From assembly GCA_946965045.2 (NCBI GenBank), contig OX337234.1, positions 930,001 through 994,000 of the forward strand: a stretch of 64,000 bases of DNA, read 5' to 3'. Within the stretch, counting starts at the first letter, position 1; each line of letters begins with the position of its first letter. Origin of the DNA: Epithemia pelagica (lineage: Eukaryota; Protista; Bacillariophyta). Below are positions 1 through 12,091 of this stretch, in pieces. Below the pieces are notes generated by a model, which searched no databases, had not been told where the DNA came from, and was given only the letters and a program-made list of their open reading frames with translations. The translations under genes were made by a program, and so were the position numbers.

Positions 1-1946
1 AGAGGGAGACAAGTAGAAAATCGATCAGGATAGCTTGTTCAATGGGTGCATGAGGCGCTGAGTCGAGCGTGGGAACGAGGGACAAAAAGTCAGCAAGGAA
101 GGCCTTGGGAATTAAAAAGGCAACAAACCATAGTAGAGCAACAAGGGCGGAGGCGTAGGAAAGCAACGCGAAGATCGCCGTTAATGCTGTTCCTTTTATT
201 TCATGATCGAGATCGTTCGAAGGTACGTTCTTCATTTGTTTGCTTGTTTGGTAGGACATGATAGGCAAGGCGATTGATGCGAATGTTGTACTTGTGAGCT
301 ACTCCATCTGCATCCTCTGAAGATAGGAATATCGGTAGATTGGATCTTGGTTTTCCATAGAAATACCAATACGGAACAACAGTAGCCCAATCCGATGAAG
401 TCACCCATAGAAAACTGCTTCCGGTTTCCGGTTTCCGGTATCTTTGACTGTGGAATGTGGAAGAGCATAGACTTATTTAAGCCCACAAACCGGCAACTTC
501 TCAACTTCCGGCAGCTTCCGAGTGGACGGGACAAAACTCGTACAATAATTCGGAGAGCCCTGGGGGAGGACTACACTTAGCTAAGGCAGAGATATGATTG
601 GTCGAAAACCTCCAAAACCTATGTCGTTCCTACTATATTACTTAGACAAACCTTTGAAAACCTCCAAGGTTTTGAAATATTTGACTATACATTAGACTAG
701 AGTGACGAAGTAAGACAAGGTTTCCTACCATACAAATTAACGGAGTATCGGACTTAGGAATGGAGGGAATATGGAGGCAATTCATCATGCCGATCCATCG
801 GCACCCAAAATGGATCGACAATGAGGGTACCGATAGAGCGCCAAAAAACTTCCTATCACCACGGCAAACGAAAAACAACAATCAAACAAATTTTGCAATG
901 GTCATAAACAGGGGATTATTACATGCATGGAAAAAAGCTAGCGCTTAAAAAAAACCATGGCAGGTGAAGGCCTTAATGGCAGCAGCAACAGCGCGGCCAA
1001 GAGCTTGAGCAACCCATACGTTGGATGGACACCGCAGCCACTACCACAAGCGATCTGCAACAGCACAGAACGGAACGAAACACGTGTTCCCACCGGCTTT
1101 CCTTTAGTTTCGGACTTATTTGGAGAGAGAGGAGAGAGGAAAATGGGAGTCCAAAGCCAAAAGCGAGTTACAAACAGTAGAGCAATCCGCAGGAGACCAG
1201 AGCATCAGTACAAGTCATCAACAGCATCTAAGGAGGGAAATGGGCCCTGGCGCTTGATTTCCACCCCCAAAAGCGAATTTCTAGAAAAAATTCATCGAAT
1301 TAAAATTTTTTATGCGCAGTTTATTTTTATATGCGCAGTTTTTAACTATAATCCTGCTTTCCCAACTAAATCTGCAAATCTAGGTCTAACAATGCACATT
1401 TCTCTAGCTAGTTCTAGAGATTGAGCTAACTATCACGCGCATGCAACAATTTTAATGCGCACAAGCCCGCGATCAAACCATGAATAACGCGCGCCACACT
1501 CCGATAATGCGCACTGCAACTATCTGGCGCGCTCGACCCCCCCGAGACGCGCATGACGCAACCCTCATGCGCAAGCGTCTGTCCCCTCACCTTTGAATCA
1601 CGAATTTCCACTCCCACCACATCACACAGCAGCTGCCAGAAAGACTGACGCACATGGATGTCCCAAAAAATGTCTCAGACGGATCCTCCTTCCCAATCAC
1701 CCAAACCGCGGGGATTACCAACTCGACACTCTGATCCATCGAACAAAACCGAACAACTTAGCATACTAGTCATTCAACAATCAACGACCACCAGAATCGA
1801 TGCTCATTCATCTCCCTCCACCTCCACCCAACACACCACAACAAACAACAACAGTAGCAGCAGCAACAACAGCAATCGATCACCCAACGCTATCGAGATT
1901 CCCCTGTTCAATCCCATTATCTATCCAGCTTCTTTCATCAACCTAA

Positions 1947-2648
1947 CAGCTCTGCCATTCCAATCACGCTACAATTAAAGCGGCTTGGGGCATCTGTCTG
2001 ATTGTTTCTTGGTTCCTTTTCAGCCACCTTTTTGTTGCTTGCTTTCTCTCTGCCGAGATTCCCTTTTCAATCCTTTCACCTATCCAACTTCTTTCACCAA
2101 CCTAACAGCTCTGCCATTCCAATCACGCTACAATTAAAGCGGCTTGGGGCATCTGTCTGATTGTTGCTTGGTTCCTTTTCAGCCACCTTTTTGTTGCTTG
2201 CTTCCTCTTCAGCCACCTTCACTCCAAAACCGCTGCACCAGAAGAAGAGGAAGAGGAACTCAAGCACGGCCAGAGCATTCGAGACATTGATACTTGCACT
2301 ATCTTGCAGCTCTGCCCTTCCAATTACGCTACAACTAAAGCGGCTTGGGGCATCTGTCTGATTGTTGCTTGCTTCCTTTCAACCACGACCTTCACTCCAA
2401 AACCGCTACAACAGGAAAACAAGAAGAAGAGGAACCCAAGAAGAAGAACGACCACCAGAGCATTCGAAATATTGTTGACATTTGTCCTATCTTTGACACT
2501 TGCACCATCTTGCAGCTCTGCCATTCCAATCACCACGCTACAATTAAAGCGGCTTGGGGCATCTGTCTGATTGTTGCTTGTTTCACTCAGCTCTGTCCTT
2601 CATTCCAATCACGCTATTACAATTAAAGCGGTTTCGGGCTATCTGTTA
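1947..2648 (+). repeat. Degenerate tandem array with a ~60-bp conserved core
   Basis: CAGCTCTGCCATTCCAATCACGCTACAATTAAAGCGGCTTGGGGCATCTGTCTGATTGTT, or close variants, at 1947, 2106, 2307, 2513 and 2588. The intervening sequences resemble each other. Confidence 0.9.
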
Positions 2649-3105
2649 GATTGTTGTTTCTCTTGCAAGGAAGACTTCTTATCAAGAACCCTCCTGTCCT
2701 CGTGATACTCTGACTTGAATAGAACAGACCCAAAGCAAGCAGTGTGACACGGTGGTAGCCAGTTGCTTCTGTTCTATTCTTGTCGCGAGATTGCTTGGAC
2801 AACCAACCAACCCCTGGTTTTGGAGTAGCAAATTCTGGCACCGATTGTTGGATCACAACGAACAAGACGCTACACATAAAGCGCATCGTAGTGTATTCCT
2901 TCGATTTGGTTGTTATTTTGTTACCACCAGAGTTCAGGACCAAACCAAAGACGCTACACAATTCAGCGCACACTTTTTACTTTTTAGACAAGTACACAAG
3001 GTTGTCTCAAAGACGCTACAATTAAAGTGCTTTCTCGACTACCCTTGTTGTTGTTGTTGTTGAAACAAAGACGCTACAAAAAAAGCGCATCGTGACAAGT
3101 ACAAA

Positions 3106-4275
3106 ATGGCGGGCAATCGCATCAAGAAGGGCCCTCGCTACAAAAAGCCACCGACCGCCAAGAATCCTGGTGACCCTTCTTCAATGAATGATGAAGTGCA
3201 AAACAAAAGAAAGGACAAGTCGACTATGACTGTTTCTGGTACCAATCATACACTTCCAACACACACAAACGAGGAATCTCACTACACCGGTATTATGCCC
3301 ATTACATACGAAAGTGTCCTCAATTGGTATGAAAGTGTTTTCCAAGACAAATCAGGAAAATGGACAACAGTGGAGGTACCACATGACGGCCATTATGTGA
3401 AGATATTCCTACCAATCTGTTATTCGCCTGCATTCCAAGATATCATCTGTCACTCCGTTTTCTGTTTCACAAGAATTAAGAACGAGATGGATGATGATGA
3501 CAAGTTGACTCCAATGGTTGCTCGACTGTTGTTCAAAAAGACTCTCTACAGTCCTGTTTCCAATATTTGGAATCAGGTATTTGGGACGACAGTGATAGAC
3601 AGTGCTGAGAATCTGAGACAAACCATTATCAGATTTCTTTCCTCTCATGGCCTAGTCTCTAAGAAGACACGCAAGGGGATCGGTGGGATTGGAGAAGCAT
3701 TGAAACGATACCTTCTAGATGATTCCTCCCTTTACAGGAAACCGCGTCTCGTACCTGTTGGTAAAATCGCATGGGTTATCGAACATATGGTGGCCATACA
3801 CCGTTTCATCTCAGAATCGACATCGGACGAGAACATGGGCGTAATTTCCAATATCCAAATGGAGAAAGCACTGTTGTATACGATGCCTGGCACGTGGTTC
3901 AAGATGTACCTTGAAGAAAGAGATTCTTTGGTACAATATGGAAGAAACGGAGACGATGGCGGTATGTTCTACGATCTACTGCATTATATAGAAAAACAAG
4001 AGTTACTGTCTGCCAGGAAATCGAAAGAAATTGCCGTGCAACGTCGGAGTACAGACTCGCCGGCAAAAAAGAGACAGAAGGTCGTCGCTGGTAATGATCC
4101 TACTGACGAGAGAAAGGAACAAGTACTACCAACTTCCATTACAACGTCAAACCAAGTCGCCCTCAAATCAGACCGTGTGGAAGAGGTCAGGAAGATTATA
4201 AGCAACGACGATGAAAAAACCGCAGACAACGAGGTAAGATGTTCGAGCGACTTGCCAAGAATTGAGAAGGATTAG
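3106..4275 (+). CDS. Transposon cargo protein of unknown function (389 aa)
   Basis: Long uninterrupted ORF inside the Plavaka-like element with a globular-looking core and basic NLS-like ends. No family recognised. Confidence 0.65.
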   Translation: MAGNRIKKGPRYKKPPTAKNPGDPSSMNDEVQNKRKDKSTMTVSGTNHTLPTHTNEESHYTGIMPITYESVLNWYESVFQDKSGKWTTVEVPHDGHYVKIFLPICYSPAFQDIICHSVFCFTRIKNEMDDDDKLTPMVARLLFKKTLYSPVSNIWNQVFGTTVIDSAENLRQTIIRFLSSHGLVSKKTRKGIGGIGEALKRYLLDDSSLYRKPRLVPVGKIAWVIEHMVAIHRFISESTSDENMGVISNIQMEKALLYTMPGTWFKMYLEERDSLVQYGRNGDDGGMFYDLLHYIEKQELLSARKSKEIAVQRRSTDSPAKKRQKVVAGNDPTDERKEQVLPTSITTSNQVALKSDRVEEVRKIISNDDEKTADNEVRCSSDLPRIEKD

Positions 4276-4357
4276 ACAATCTCAAAAATGATTGATCTCT
4301 TTGTCTTAGAGACGTTGTGCTTCCATAAACAAGGGAAATGAGGAGACAGGTGATGGC

Positions 4358-7300
4358 GTGGTACCACCGCCTTTTATTGAAATTCCACACGTACTTGATC
4401 CTATAGTAAACCAGAAGAGAAGAAAAGACTCATGGGATTCGAATGAATCCATCGACAACATTGGTGACGGTTACTTAGACAAGTTCGCGGAAAAACAAGC
4501 TGACAGAAACAACGAGAACATCAAGTCGGCCATGAAGCTAGCAACCCAGTATGCTAAGAGTATGGGGAAGGACAACACGCATGTCGAAATCAAGACATTA
4601 TTTAGGTGCACACTATGCATGTCTTACAGTGGGTTGATGAATGACCAGGACCCTACAACGCGTGTTTTGCATATCCCACATAGACATTGTCGGAGAGATC
4701 TTTGCTCCAACACTTCGAGGACGGGTATGCCGATTGAGTCTTTCTATACTTGTTTGAAGTTGATGGTCCATCACAACCATCAGAACCTAGTATATGTTGA
4801 CAAAGTAACATTTGATGAAGCGAACAGGAACCCATTTCCTAAGAAAATTCCTATGTCATCATGGAGACAACAGGAACCGAACACACTGATATTGGCGATC
4901 GTTGCCTTGACAACAGCAACTGATGTCAGCGACCCAGCTTTATTGGCTTTCGAAATCGACAAAAAGATACTTCATATCTACGAACCAATAAATAATCGAT
5001 CAGACCAATACTGGGAAGGAACGACGCGTCATGTACTACGGAAATGGGACCTGGTCAATATGTCAAAAGGTGCCCCGCCTGTCAGTCTATGTTATGACCC
5101 ATCATTAGTGGAAGACGATGAAACGACACATGATACAAACAACGAATGTAACAAGTGGCGATATCGCATTGTGAAAATGCCAGAACCTAAGAAGGATACT
5201 CCAAAGCCAATGCCACAAGCTATTGTGATCAGAATGCTTGGAAACATAATGAGTAGTCGACCAAACCCGGGTCGGAAAGAAGGTCAGATAGACAAGAGTA
5301 TGACGATATCCAATTGTTTTTCGAGTAATCAAATACGGTACAATAATGAATTTTCGAGAGGACTAGAGCATGCTGTGGGTGGCAATTCAATCTCTCCTTT
5401 GGTGTTGGGACCTGACAATTTCGATGGTAACAGCGACGACGATCCCGTTGAAGTGGGGTTTTCACGTGATACCGATAAATACGAATACAAGGAGAACGTT
5501 GATCTATCTGATGGTGGGTGTTCAGAGACGTGGACTACGGATGGTGACATATTGTTTATACCGGGCCCGAAGGTGGGATTAGAACCCAAGGAGGTGTTAC
5601 TTGACTCCAAACTTTCCAAGAGAGATATAAATCGATTGCTACCGACCGTTGTATATTGTCCAGATTCTTGCGTATGCTGTAACAGGGCATTGAAAACAGA
5701 TACAGACAGCGAAGTCTGTACCCTCATCCCATGTGGACATCTGGTTCACGGAAATTGCTTACGAATACGGTTCAAGTATCATAATGTATGGTGTCCCCAG
5801 TGTGGACAAAAGATCAAGAGTAACATACACATGTTTGGCGCGGAGAAGATAGAGGGACACAAGAAAACAGCGGAAGACACTACAACTACGATCGAGGGAT
5901 TCCCTGAAGAGGGACAAAGGAAAACAGTCGAAGACACTACAACTACGATTGAGGGAAGCCCTGAAGAATCATCAAAAAAATCACCTGTGAGTAACAAGAC
6001 GTCAACACTAGAACAAAGAGGAGTTGAGACAAAATACAAGCCCGAGGTTTGTTCGATTTGTATGACCAGAAAAGTGGATTGCGAACTGTTTCTTTGTAGA
6101 CATACATTTTGTCGGGAATGTGTTGGAGATTGGATGCAGCGGGGCCACAACACATGTATGGTGTGCAGCCAGGATATTCAAAGTCTATTGTACTTCTGTC
6201 CTATGACACGTTCTGTTCAAAGAACATATACTCATCCTTCTGAACACAAAGCAATCTATCAGTCACCAGAGGGTGAGAAGCCTAAATACCAGCAATGGGG
6301 AGGAAATAACTCATCACGTTCCGTTGCAATGCCTGCGAATTGGGGTAACCGGAGTGAGCTGCCTGAAGAAAGACATAGAACAGAGCAAACCCAACATGAT
6401 AACGAAAGAACCAAGGACAAGAGAGAGAATCCACATGGGCTATGGGGAGGACGGAATCAGAACAACGTCCCGTCGACAGCTCGAAGCCCCAGAACAACTG
6501 AGTGGGGTTCGCAACCTGAACATGACAGGCCAGTGTATTGTCAGCATGGACAGAATCGATTCAATGATGATCATCCAGGATCGAGAGGATCTAATACATC
6601 GGATTATCATGGATCTCGTCATTCACATTTTGATCAAGATAACCAACAAACTAGAAGAGGAGTCATTGAACGACAAGACCAACATGGATATCATGATAAC
6701 CACCAAGACGAGTCTAGAGGGAGAAGAGATCAAATCATGGAAAACACTTACCGGGATAGAAAAAGAAGACATGATAATCAAAATCAATTGTCTAATCGAC
6801 ATCCGATGGATTGGAGGAGATTCCCTGGATACAACGAGCATTCCAGAGAACATACAAGGCACCATTCGGTATATAGAGATAGCCACAATCAATGGTCTAA
6901 TCGACATCCGATGGATTGGGAGAGATTCCCTGGATACAACGAACATTCCAGGCACCATTTGTCACTTAGAGATAGTCATCCTGGACACAACGATCATTCT
7001 AGGCGTACCCGTCAGAGAGAGCCTAACCGTCCCTCAACTGATAGAGGTAATAGTCAACCAAATCAATCACCTCGTAGAGAGAGAGAAAAGGACATTCATC
7101 ACACCACAGAGAGTCGTGGAGGGCAGGATGGCCTATCCAAACTTGGTTGGAATTCCAAGGACAATCAGGAGAGGGATGATCAGAACAGACAGAGCGGTCA
7201 GAAAGCAACCTCCAGTCACCAAGATGAATGTGGACAAGGAGAAGAGATACAAAGCAGAGATGGCAACGGTTCTACAGACAAACAAAAGGGCAAGGACTGT

Positions 7301-7405
7301 GGCAAGCAAGAGATTGTTGCTTACGAACAACACGAAAATTCAGGAGATAACGGGTCTAAGAATGCCAACAACACACCTGACAGTGATAATCCGTCTAGCT
7401 GTTGA
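4358..7405 (+). CDS. Cargo protein with two RING fingers (putative E3 ligase), possible degenerate Ulp1-like domain and a disordered R/D/H-rich tail
   Basis: RING-H2-like CVCC...IPCGHLVHGNC...CPQC and RING-HC CSICM...LCRHTFCREC...CMVC. The Ulp1-like assignment (LLAFEIDKKILHIYEP) is tentative. The start codon is uncertain (track start is GTG). Confidence 0.75.
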   Translation: MVPPPFIEIPHVLDPIVNQKRRKDSWDSNESIDNIGDGYLDKFAEKQADRNNENIKSAMKLATQYAKSMGKDNTHVEIKTLFRCTLCMSYSGLMNDQDPTTRVLHIPHRHCRRDLCSNTSRTGMPIESFYTCLKLMVHHNHQNLVYVDKVTFDEANRNPFPKKIPMSSWRQQEPNTLILAIVALTTATDVSDPALLAFEIDKKILHIYEPINNRSDQYWEGTTRHVLRKWDLVNMSKGAPPVSLCYDPSLVEDDETTHDTNNECNKWRYRIVKMPEPKKDTPKPMPQAIVIRMLGNIMSSRPNPGRKEGQIDKSMTISNCFSSNQIRYNNEFSRGLEHAVGGNSISPLVLGPDNFDGNSDDDPVEVGFSRDTDKYEYKENVDLSDGGCSETWTTDGDILFIPGPKVGLEPKEVLLDSKLSKRDINRLLPTVVYCPDSCVCCNRALKTDTDSEVCTLIPCGHLVHGNCLRIRFKYHNVWCPQCGQKIKSNIHMFGAEKIEGHKKTAEDTTTTIEGFPEEGQRKTVEDTTTTIEGSPEESSKKSPVSNKTSTLEQRGVETKYKPEVCSICMTRKVDCELFLCRHTFCRECVGDWMQRGHNTCMVCSQDIQSLLYFCPMTRSVQRTYTHPSEHKAIYQSPEGEKPKYQQWGGNNSSRSVAMPANWGNRSELPEERHRTEQTQHDNERTKDKRENPHGLWGGRNQNNVPSTARSPRTTEWGSQPEHDRPVYCQHGQNRFNDDHPGSRGSNTSDYHGSRHSHFDQDNQQTRRGVIERQDQHGYHDNHQDESRGRRDQIMENTYRDRKRRHDNQNQLSNRHPMDWRRFPGYNEHSREHTRHHSVYRDSHNQWSNRHPMDWERFPGYNEHSRHHLSLRDSHPGHNDHSRRTRQREPNRPSTDRGNSQPNQSPRREREKDIHHTTESRGGQDGLSKLGWNSKDNQERDDQNRQSGQKATSSHQDECGQGEEIQSRDGNGSTDKQKGKDCGKQEIVAYEQHENSGDNGSKNANNTPDSDNPSSC

Positions 7406-7611
7406 CAGTGTCAACCAAGATGATGCGACACAAACCAAAGAAGGAAAGGATAGTACCGACAAACAAAAAGGTAGCAGCAAGAACAACGATGACCAAATGA
7501 CAAAAAAGACCATAACAAGGGAAGTAGCATCAATACGACAGCACAAACGGATCAGCGCATACAAGACGAACAAGGTACGAAGGAGATTCACGAGTCTCCA
7601 ATACACGGTAA

Positions 7612-9219
7612 TCATGATGATACTGACGAACAGAATACTTCACCGGAAAGGAAAAGAAAAGGATGTAAGACCATTGGTTCATCCAGGGGACTACCCACGA
7701 ACAAGCAACGACGACAAGAGGGCCTATCGAAGTTGACACTAACACATGAAACGATCAAAGTCAAAAATGTATCATTGTCTCTCTCTTGGTAATCAACATC
7801 CTGTTCGGTCAGTTTTTCTCGATTTTCATTAAGACCCAATGCATTCAAGCACATTTTGTATGTACTTGCAGCGTTGATATAAGAACATTCATGCCATGGG
7901 TATCTGCTATCCCTTGGTTTAATGTTGCAACACCATGATAGTCTTCCAACACTTGGATGATGCGAGGCATACCGACCTGCAAGGTTATCCTGAGACTTCC
8001 CGTCTCCTTTGACAACAATCATTGGCAATATCAAACGGACAACTTTGATAATCCCATGGAGGCGTAGTTTCATCCATAAACCTTCCTGTTTTTGGATACT
8101 GACAAGACCTTCGAGGATCTTAGTCAATTGAGCATGATAATTTCGGCAAGGAGTCCCTTTATGGATGATATGTTTTGCCGCCGATGATTTTCTTTCCATG
8201 TCTGTAATAGTCCCAAGGATGATCTGTCGCCTTGCTTTCCTCATTTGTGTTTCCGTGAGAAAAGATGGCACCATTACAACAGGCTCCGATGTATATCTTC
8301 CATCCCCTGTTGCATGTGTTTTGTCCATATAACAGACAAGACAAACCACGAAGGCATCTGGATCATCTCTATATTTCTCCACTGTTTTCCGAAATACTTC
8401 TCTGTCTTGTATATTTTGGATGTGCTTGTTTGGAACATATGGACGATACGGATCGTCATCATCGAGGATTGTATTTTCTTTCTTGGTTGCGTCGGGATCT
8501 TGTAATACACGCTGTAGTTGACTGATCAAATCAAATACTGGTGTTGTTATCGATTTCTCACTCTCTGGTACAACCACACCCTGTTTCTGGGTGAATTCCA
8601 TTGGTACCGGGAAAAATTTGGCCTTGGGGTAATTGAAACCTTTGGTAGAAAACTTTTCGATGAACGTTTTCCTCTTTGAATGGTTGTCCAGGAAGAACCC
8701 AGGACCGCATCTTGAGTATGTGTCACTCGACCATGCCAGGATTGAATTGTACAAATATTTGGGGCAACCAGCTTTCCGAAGTAACATCATAAGTGAGACC
8801 AAGGCTGCATCGTGTTTATGAAGTTTCAATTGCTTCCCATCTCTATCGAGGAAAGCAGGAAAATCAACCGGGCACTCCTTGCTGTTGCGCAGAATAATAT
8901 TATCTGTATCACCAGGTACATAGTATGCTTTTGGTGGGTCAGCATGCGGAATAGTGGTTTCATCGTCCATGATATCAATATTCATCGGATCAGCATTCAT
9001 ATTACTGGCACAATCATCGTTGTCATCGCCAACATTTGGCCATTTCCCTCGGTTGTTCATTTTCAATTCACAAACTGTTTCGTGACGGCTGATTCCTCTT
9101 GCATCGAAACGTGATTGACAGAAACGACACACTTGAAAGGATATGAAGGACTCCTCTTGTTGGCTTGTATTTGAGCATCTCTTTCGCGACTTCTTTTTTA
9201 CTTTACGACGCTGGCCCAT
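7612..9219 (-). pseudogene. Plavaka-like (CMC-related) DDE transposase, C-terminally truncated
   Basis: Motifs LVCYMDKTH..G...EPV, RNYHAQL.KIL, VKGDGKSQDNLAGRY and CC..C-like SWCCNI. Plausible homology stops near 7760, well before the expected catalytic Glu region. Confidence 0.75.
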
Positions 9220-9793
9220 GATGGTACGATGCTGGTGGTTTTAGATTTTGGTTTGGAATGAAAAATGCTCTATAATCGATTTCTGCAAATTGAGACATCG
9301 GTGGTCAATCTTGTGGCATGTATCAGAATTTCTCCGCATTGGGTGGATCGGCCGACGTTGGTGCATAAAAGCGACTGAAAATCATTTATGTACATGAACG
9401 GATCATAATATTTTCAAACGGTCGTGTGTATTTACTTAATCCAATCCAGCCTGCTGGGTTAGATACCAACGGTGATAGCAGCGATTGGAATTCAAACACC
9501 GTGTCAATGCCGAGGATACCGATGCTGTCGACATTCGAAAGGAAATGACAATCATTCAAACCCATGCACCAATGTTCCATCTGACAAGTATGATGTACTT
9601 GAAACCACCTATGCTCATCTTCATACGTTCTCCAAAGGACCATCGTTCAAACATGGAGTTTATGATTCAAACATGGAGCATTCCAGCGTTAGAATTTGAA
9701 TGGTTGTCTGGTTGATCAAATCAGAGGACTTGTTGTCGCCCTGCTCTTGTTCACATCCTTGTCATAAATCAGACGGAGCATCCAAGATAAACA

Positions 9794-11762
9794 ATGGCAA
9801 GAGTCACCACCAGAAATGCAGCTCCAACGAGGCGTCGACCCTTAGCAGTCCGACATGCAAACTATGGAAGTAATCAGAAAGAGGTTGAACGACAACGAAG
9901 AAGCATCTTGGCAGCAGTGGCAACAAGAAATAAAGAGAATCTTCCTTACAAGGACGTGACAATTACAAACAAAGATGCTCTTGTACTCCAAGAAGATAGT
10001 TCTGATGACGAGGAAGAAGAGGAACAGATCTCGATGAACAACGATCAAGCACAAGCACAAGAAGGCACAACTGTGGAAGGGAGTGGTAATCTTTTGGAGC
10101 AGGCAACAAATTCAGAAAAAGATGGAGCCGATGTGACTTCAGCAGATGATAGCAATAATGAACAGGGTGGGCTGAGAACACAACCATCATCTGGTGTTGC
10201 GCAACCAACAAACACGGCAGTTAATAATATGGATGAGGAGGACGTCGGTGTAAATATTCTCACTGGACCTGAAAGGCAACAAGCATTGCAGAATATGAGC
10301 AATGGACCCAGTGAGTATGATGGAGATGATTTTGATCCTAATGAGAGACATTTTCCTGCTGGAGGACTTGTCAGTAAGTTGTTAGATGCACAAAATGGAG
10401 GAGGACAATTTGTCGGTGAGACGGCTCTAATGACGGGGGTGTTTGTGGGTTGAATGCATCAGGTGATACCTTTGCTAACGACGTTTCTTCCCTTTCGGAT
10501 ATGTCGTCATCTTTGTCATCTACTTTGCTAACAACAGGGCCTGATCAGGCGATGGAAACTCTTCTACAAGACGATATTCAAAATCAGTTGGCACAGGAAA
10601 CACAGACAACAACAGTACACCATAATCAATCATCTTGCCCGACAAGTACGATTGTAACATCCACTACACACAAAGGTTCTGTCGAAAAGGACAAGAATAA
10701 GAAGCAAAAGCCGAAGAAAAAGCCTGAGGTGGTATCGGAGAAGTTCTTTGATACATTTGTTTGGAAGGTGGCATGGCGTTATGTCAAGTATTTCTCCATG
10801 TCCGAAGATACTAAGGCAGATCCGAATGGTCTTTAGGGAAAGTATGGCAAAACATATTTTACTGAGCACTTTTTCAAAGGCAAAGGCATTACGGATGCAA
10901 AACAACAAGAGGAGTGGTGGATTGAACATTCACCTTATATGCTTGACAAGTTCCGAAGCAAACGATCAAATGTTCTGGCTTCCATGCGAAAAGCATTCAT
11001 AAGTAAGTGTCAATCGAAGAGTGAATATGTTGGTTCATCACGTCGTCTTCTCATAAAGAGATGTGAGATAATTTGTTGTGGAATCTAGAACATGTGGGTC
11101 TTGATCTATGGCGTGACAGTAATTTCCAGCGGAGGTATCCATGCCTTTTGAACGACTGTGAAGACTTTGGGCCAATGCCTACCCTGGAAGAATTTCTGTT
11201 ATTGAGAGGAGAGAAGTGTGACAACTATGCCTATTCATATCTCTTGCAATTGTTTGGTCCATGTGTCTATGGTGAGAATATGCATAAAACCGTGATTGAT
11301 TTCAATTTTGGTGACCACACTGAGCAGCAGGGAAAGGAACATTGCGAAAAGGCCTTGAAGTTATTCACTTAAAGTGACGAGGCGTTCATATTGACCATCC
11401 TTGTGGATTGCTGGGATGTGTGGACTCACATGGGCAAGACCACTTTCAAGGCAAAACTATTTGAAGTAAATCCAAGGTGGTACAATGAAAATGGTGTTGA
11501 TCAAATGATTGATACATCCTCAGCAAGGTATCCTCGCTTCAAATATTCAGGCAGTTGGAACTCAAGTCGATGTATGAATGAGGATGGTATGGACTATTTT
11601 GAGGATATGGAAGAGAAAATCGCTCGTGAAGACAGAGCAGGCGACCGCGGTATCTGGTTCATGACATTTCTCAATGGGCAATATCGCTCTCGAATGGGGT
11701 ATGCAGATGATGATGCTGTGACAAGGCCTTCTAAAAGGCCGCAAAAACGGTCGTGGCAGTGA
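9794..11762 (+). pseudogene. Accessory ORF of the Plavaka-like element (SDEAF-motif protein), disrupted
   Basis: Consecutive ORF pieces joined by a frameshift near 10450, in-frame TAG (10834-10836), a probable intron from ~11002 and in-frame TAA (11370-11372). Motif FT*SDEAFILTILVDCWDVW recalls accessory proteins of CACTA/Plavaka-type elements. Divergent from the transposase. Confidence 0.6.
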
Positions 11763-11973
11763 TTGATCAGAGTGACAATTGGCTTCATTTCATATACTAC
11801 TCCTATATAGCTACTAGATGTATTGTGTTCCATTCATTCGCTGATTGTTAGTGGGAGTGTGTGCATGGTGCTAGTTAAATGCACTGTGTTCAACTTGCTT
11901 GCACTTGATGCTGGAGTAATGCGCATGATGGTGATGTGACACAATCAAGGATGAGTGCATACATAGGAGGGTA

Positions 11974-12091
11974 TGTGATGACTGTTGGTTCTTGACTGTG
12001 CATGAAGGTGGACGATTGTGATGACTGTTGGTTCTTGACTGCGCATGAAGGTGGAGGGATGTGATGACTATTGGTTCTTGACTGTGCATGG
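11974..12091 (+). repeat. 43-bp subterminal tandem repeat x3
   Basis: TGTGATGACTGTTGGTTCTTGACTG(T/C)GCATG at 11974, 12017 and 12060. Confidence 0.9.

Noticed and set aside
1947-2648. CRISPR-like array (constant repeat with variable spacers)
   Set aside because: The spacers are homologous to each other and vary from ~15 to 145 bp, there are no cas genes, and the context is eukaryotic. It is a degenerate tandem repeat.
6273-7736. 487-aa overlapping ORF as a second gene
   Set aside because: It is the +1 frame of a hydrophilic region. Few codons there have T in position 2, so stops are rare in this frame; the product looks like a shadow translation.
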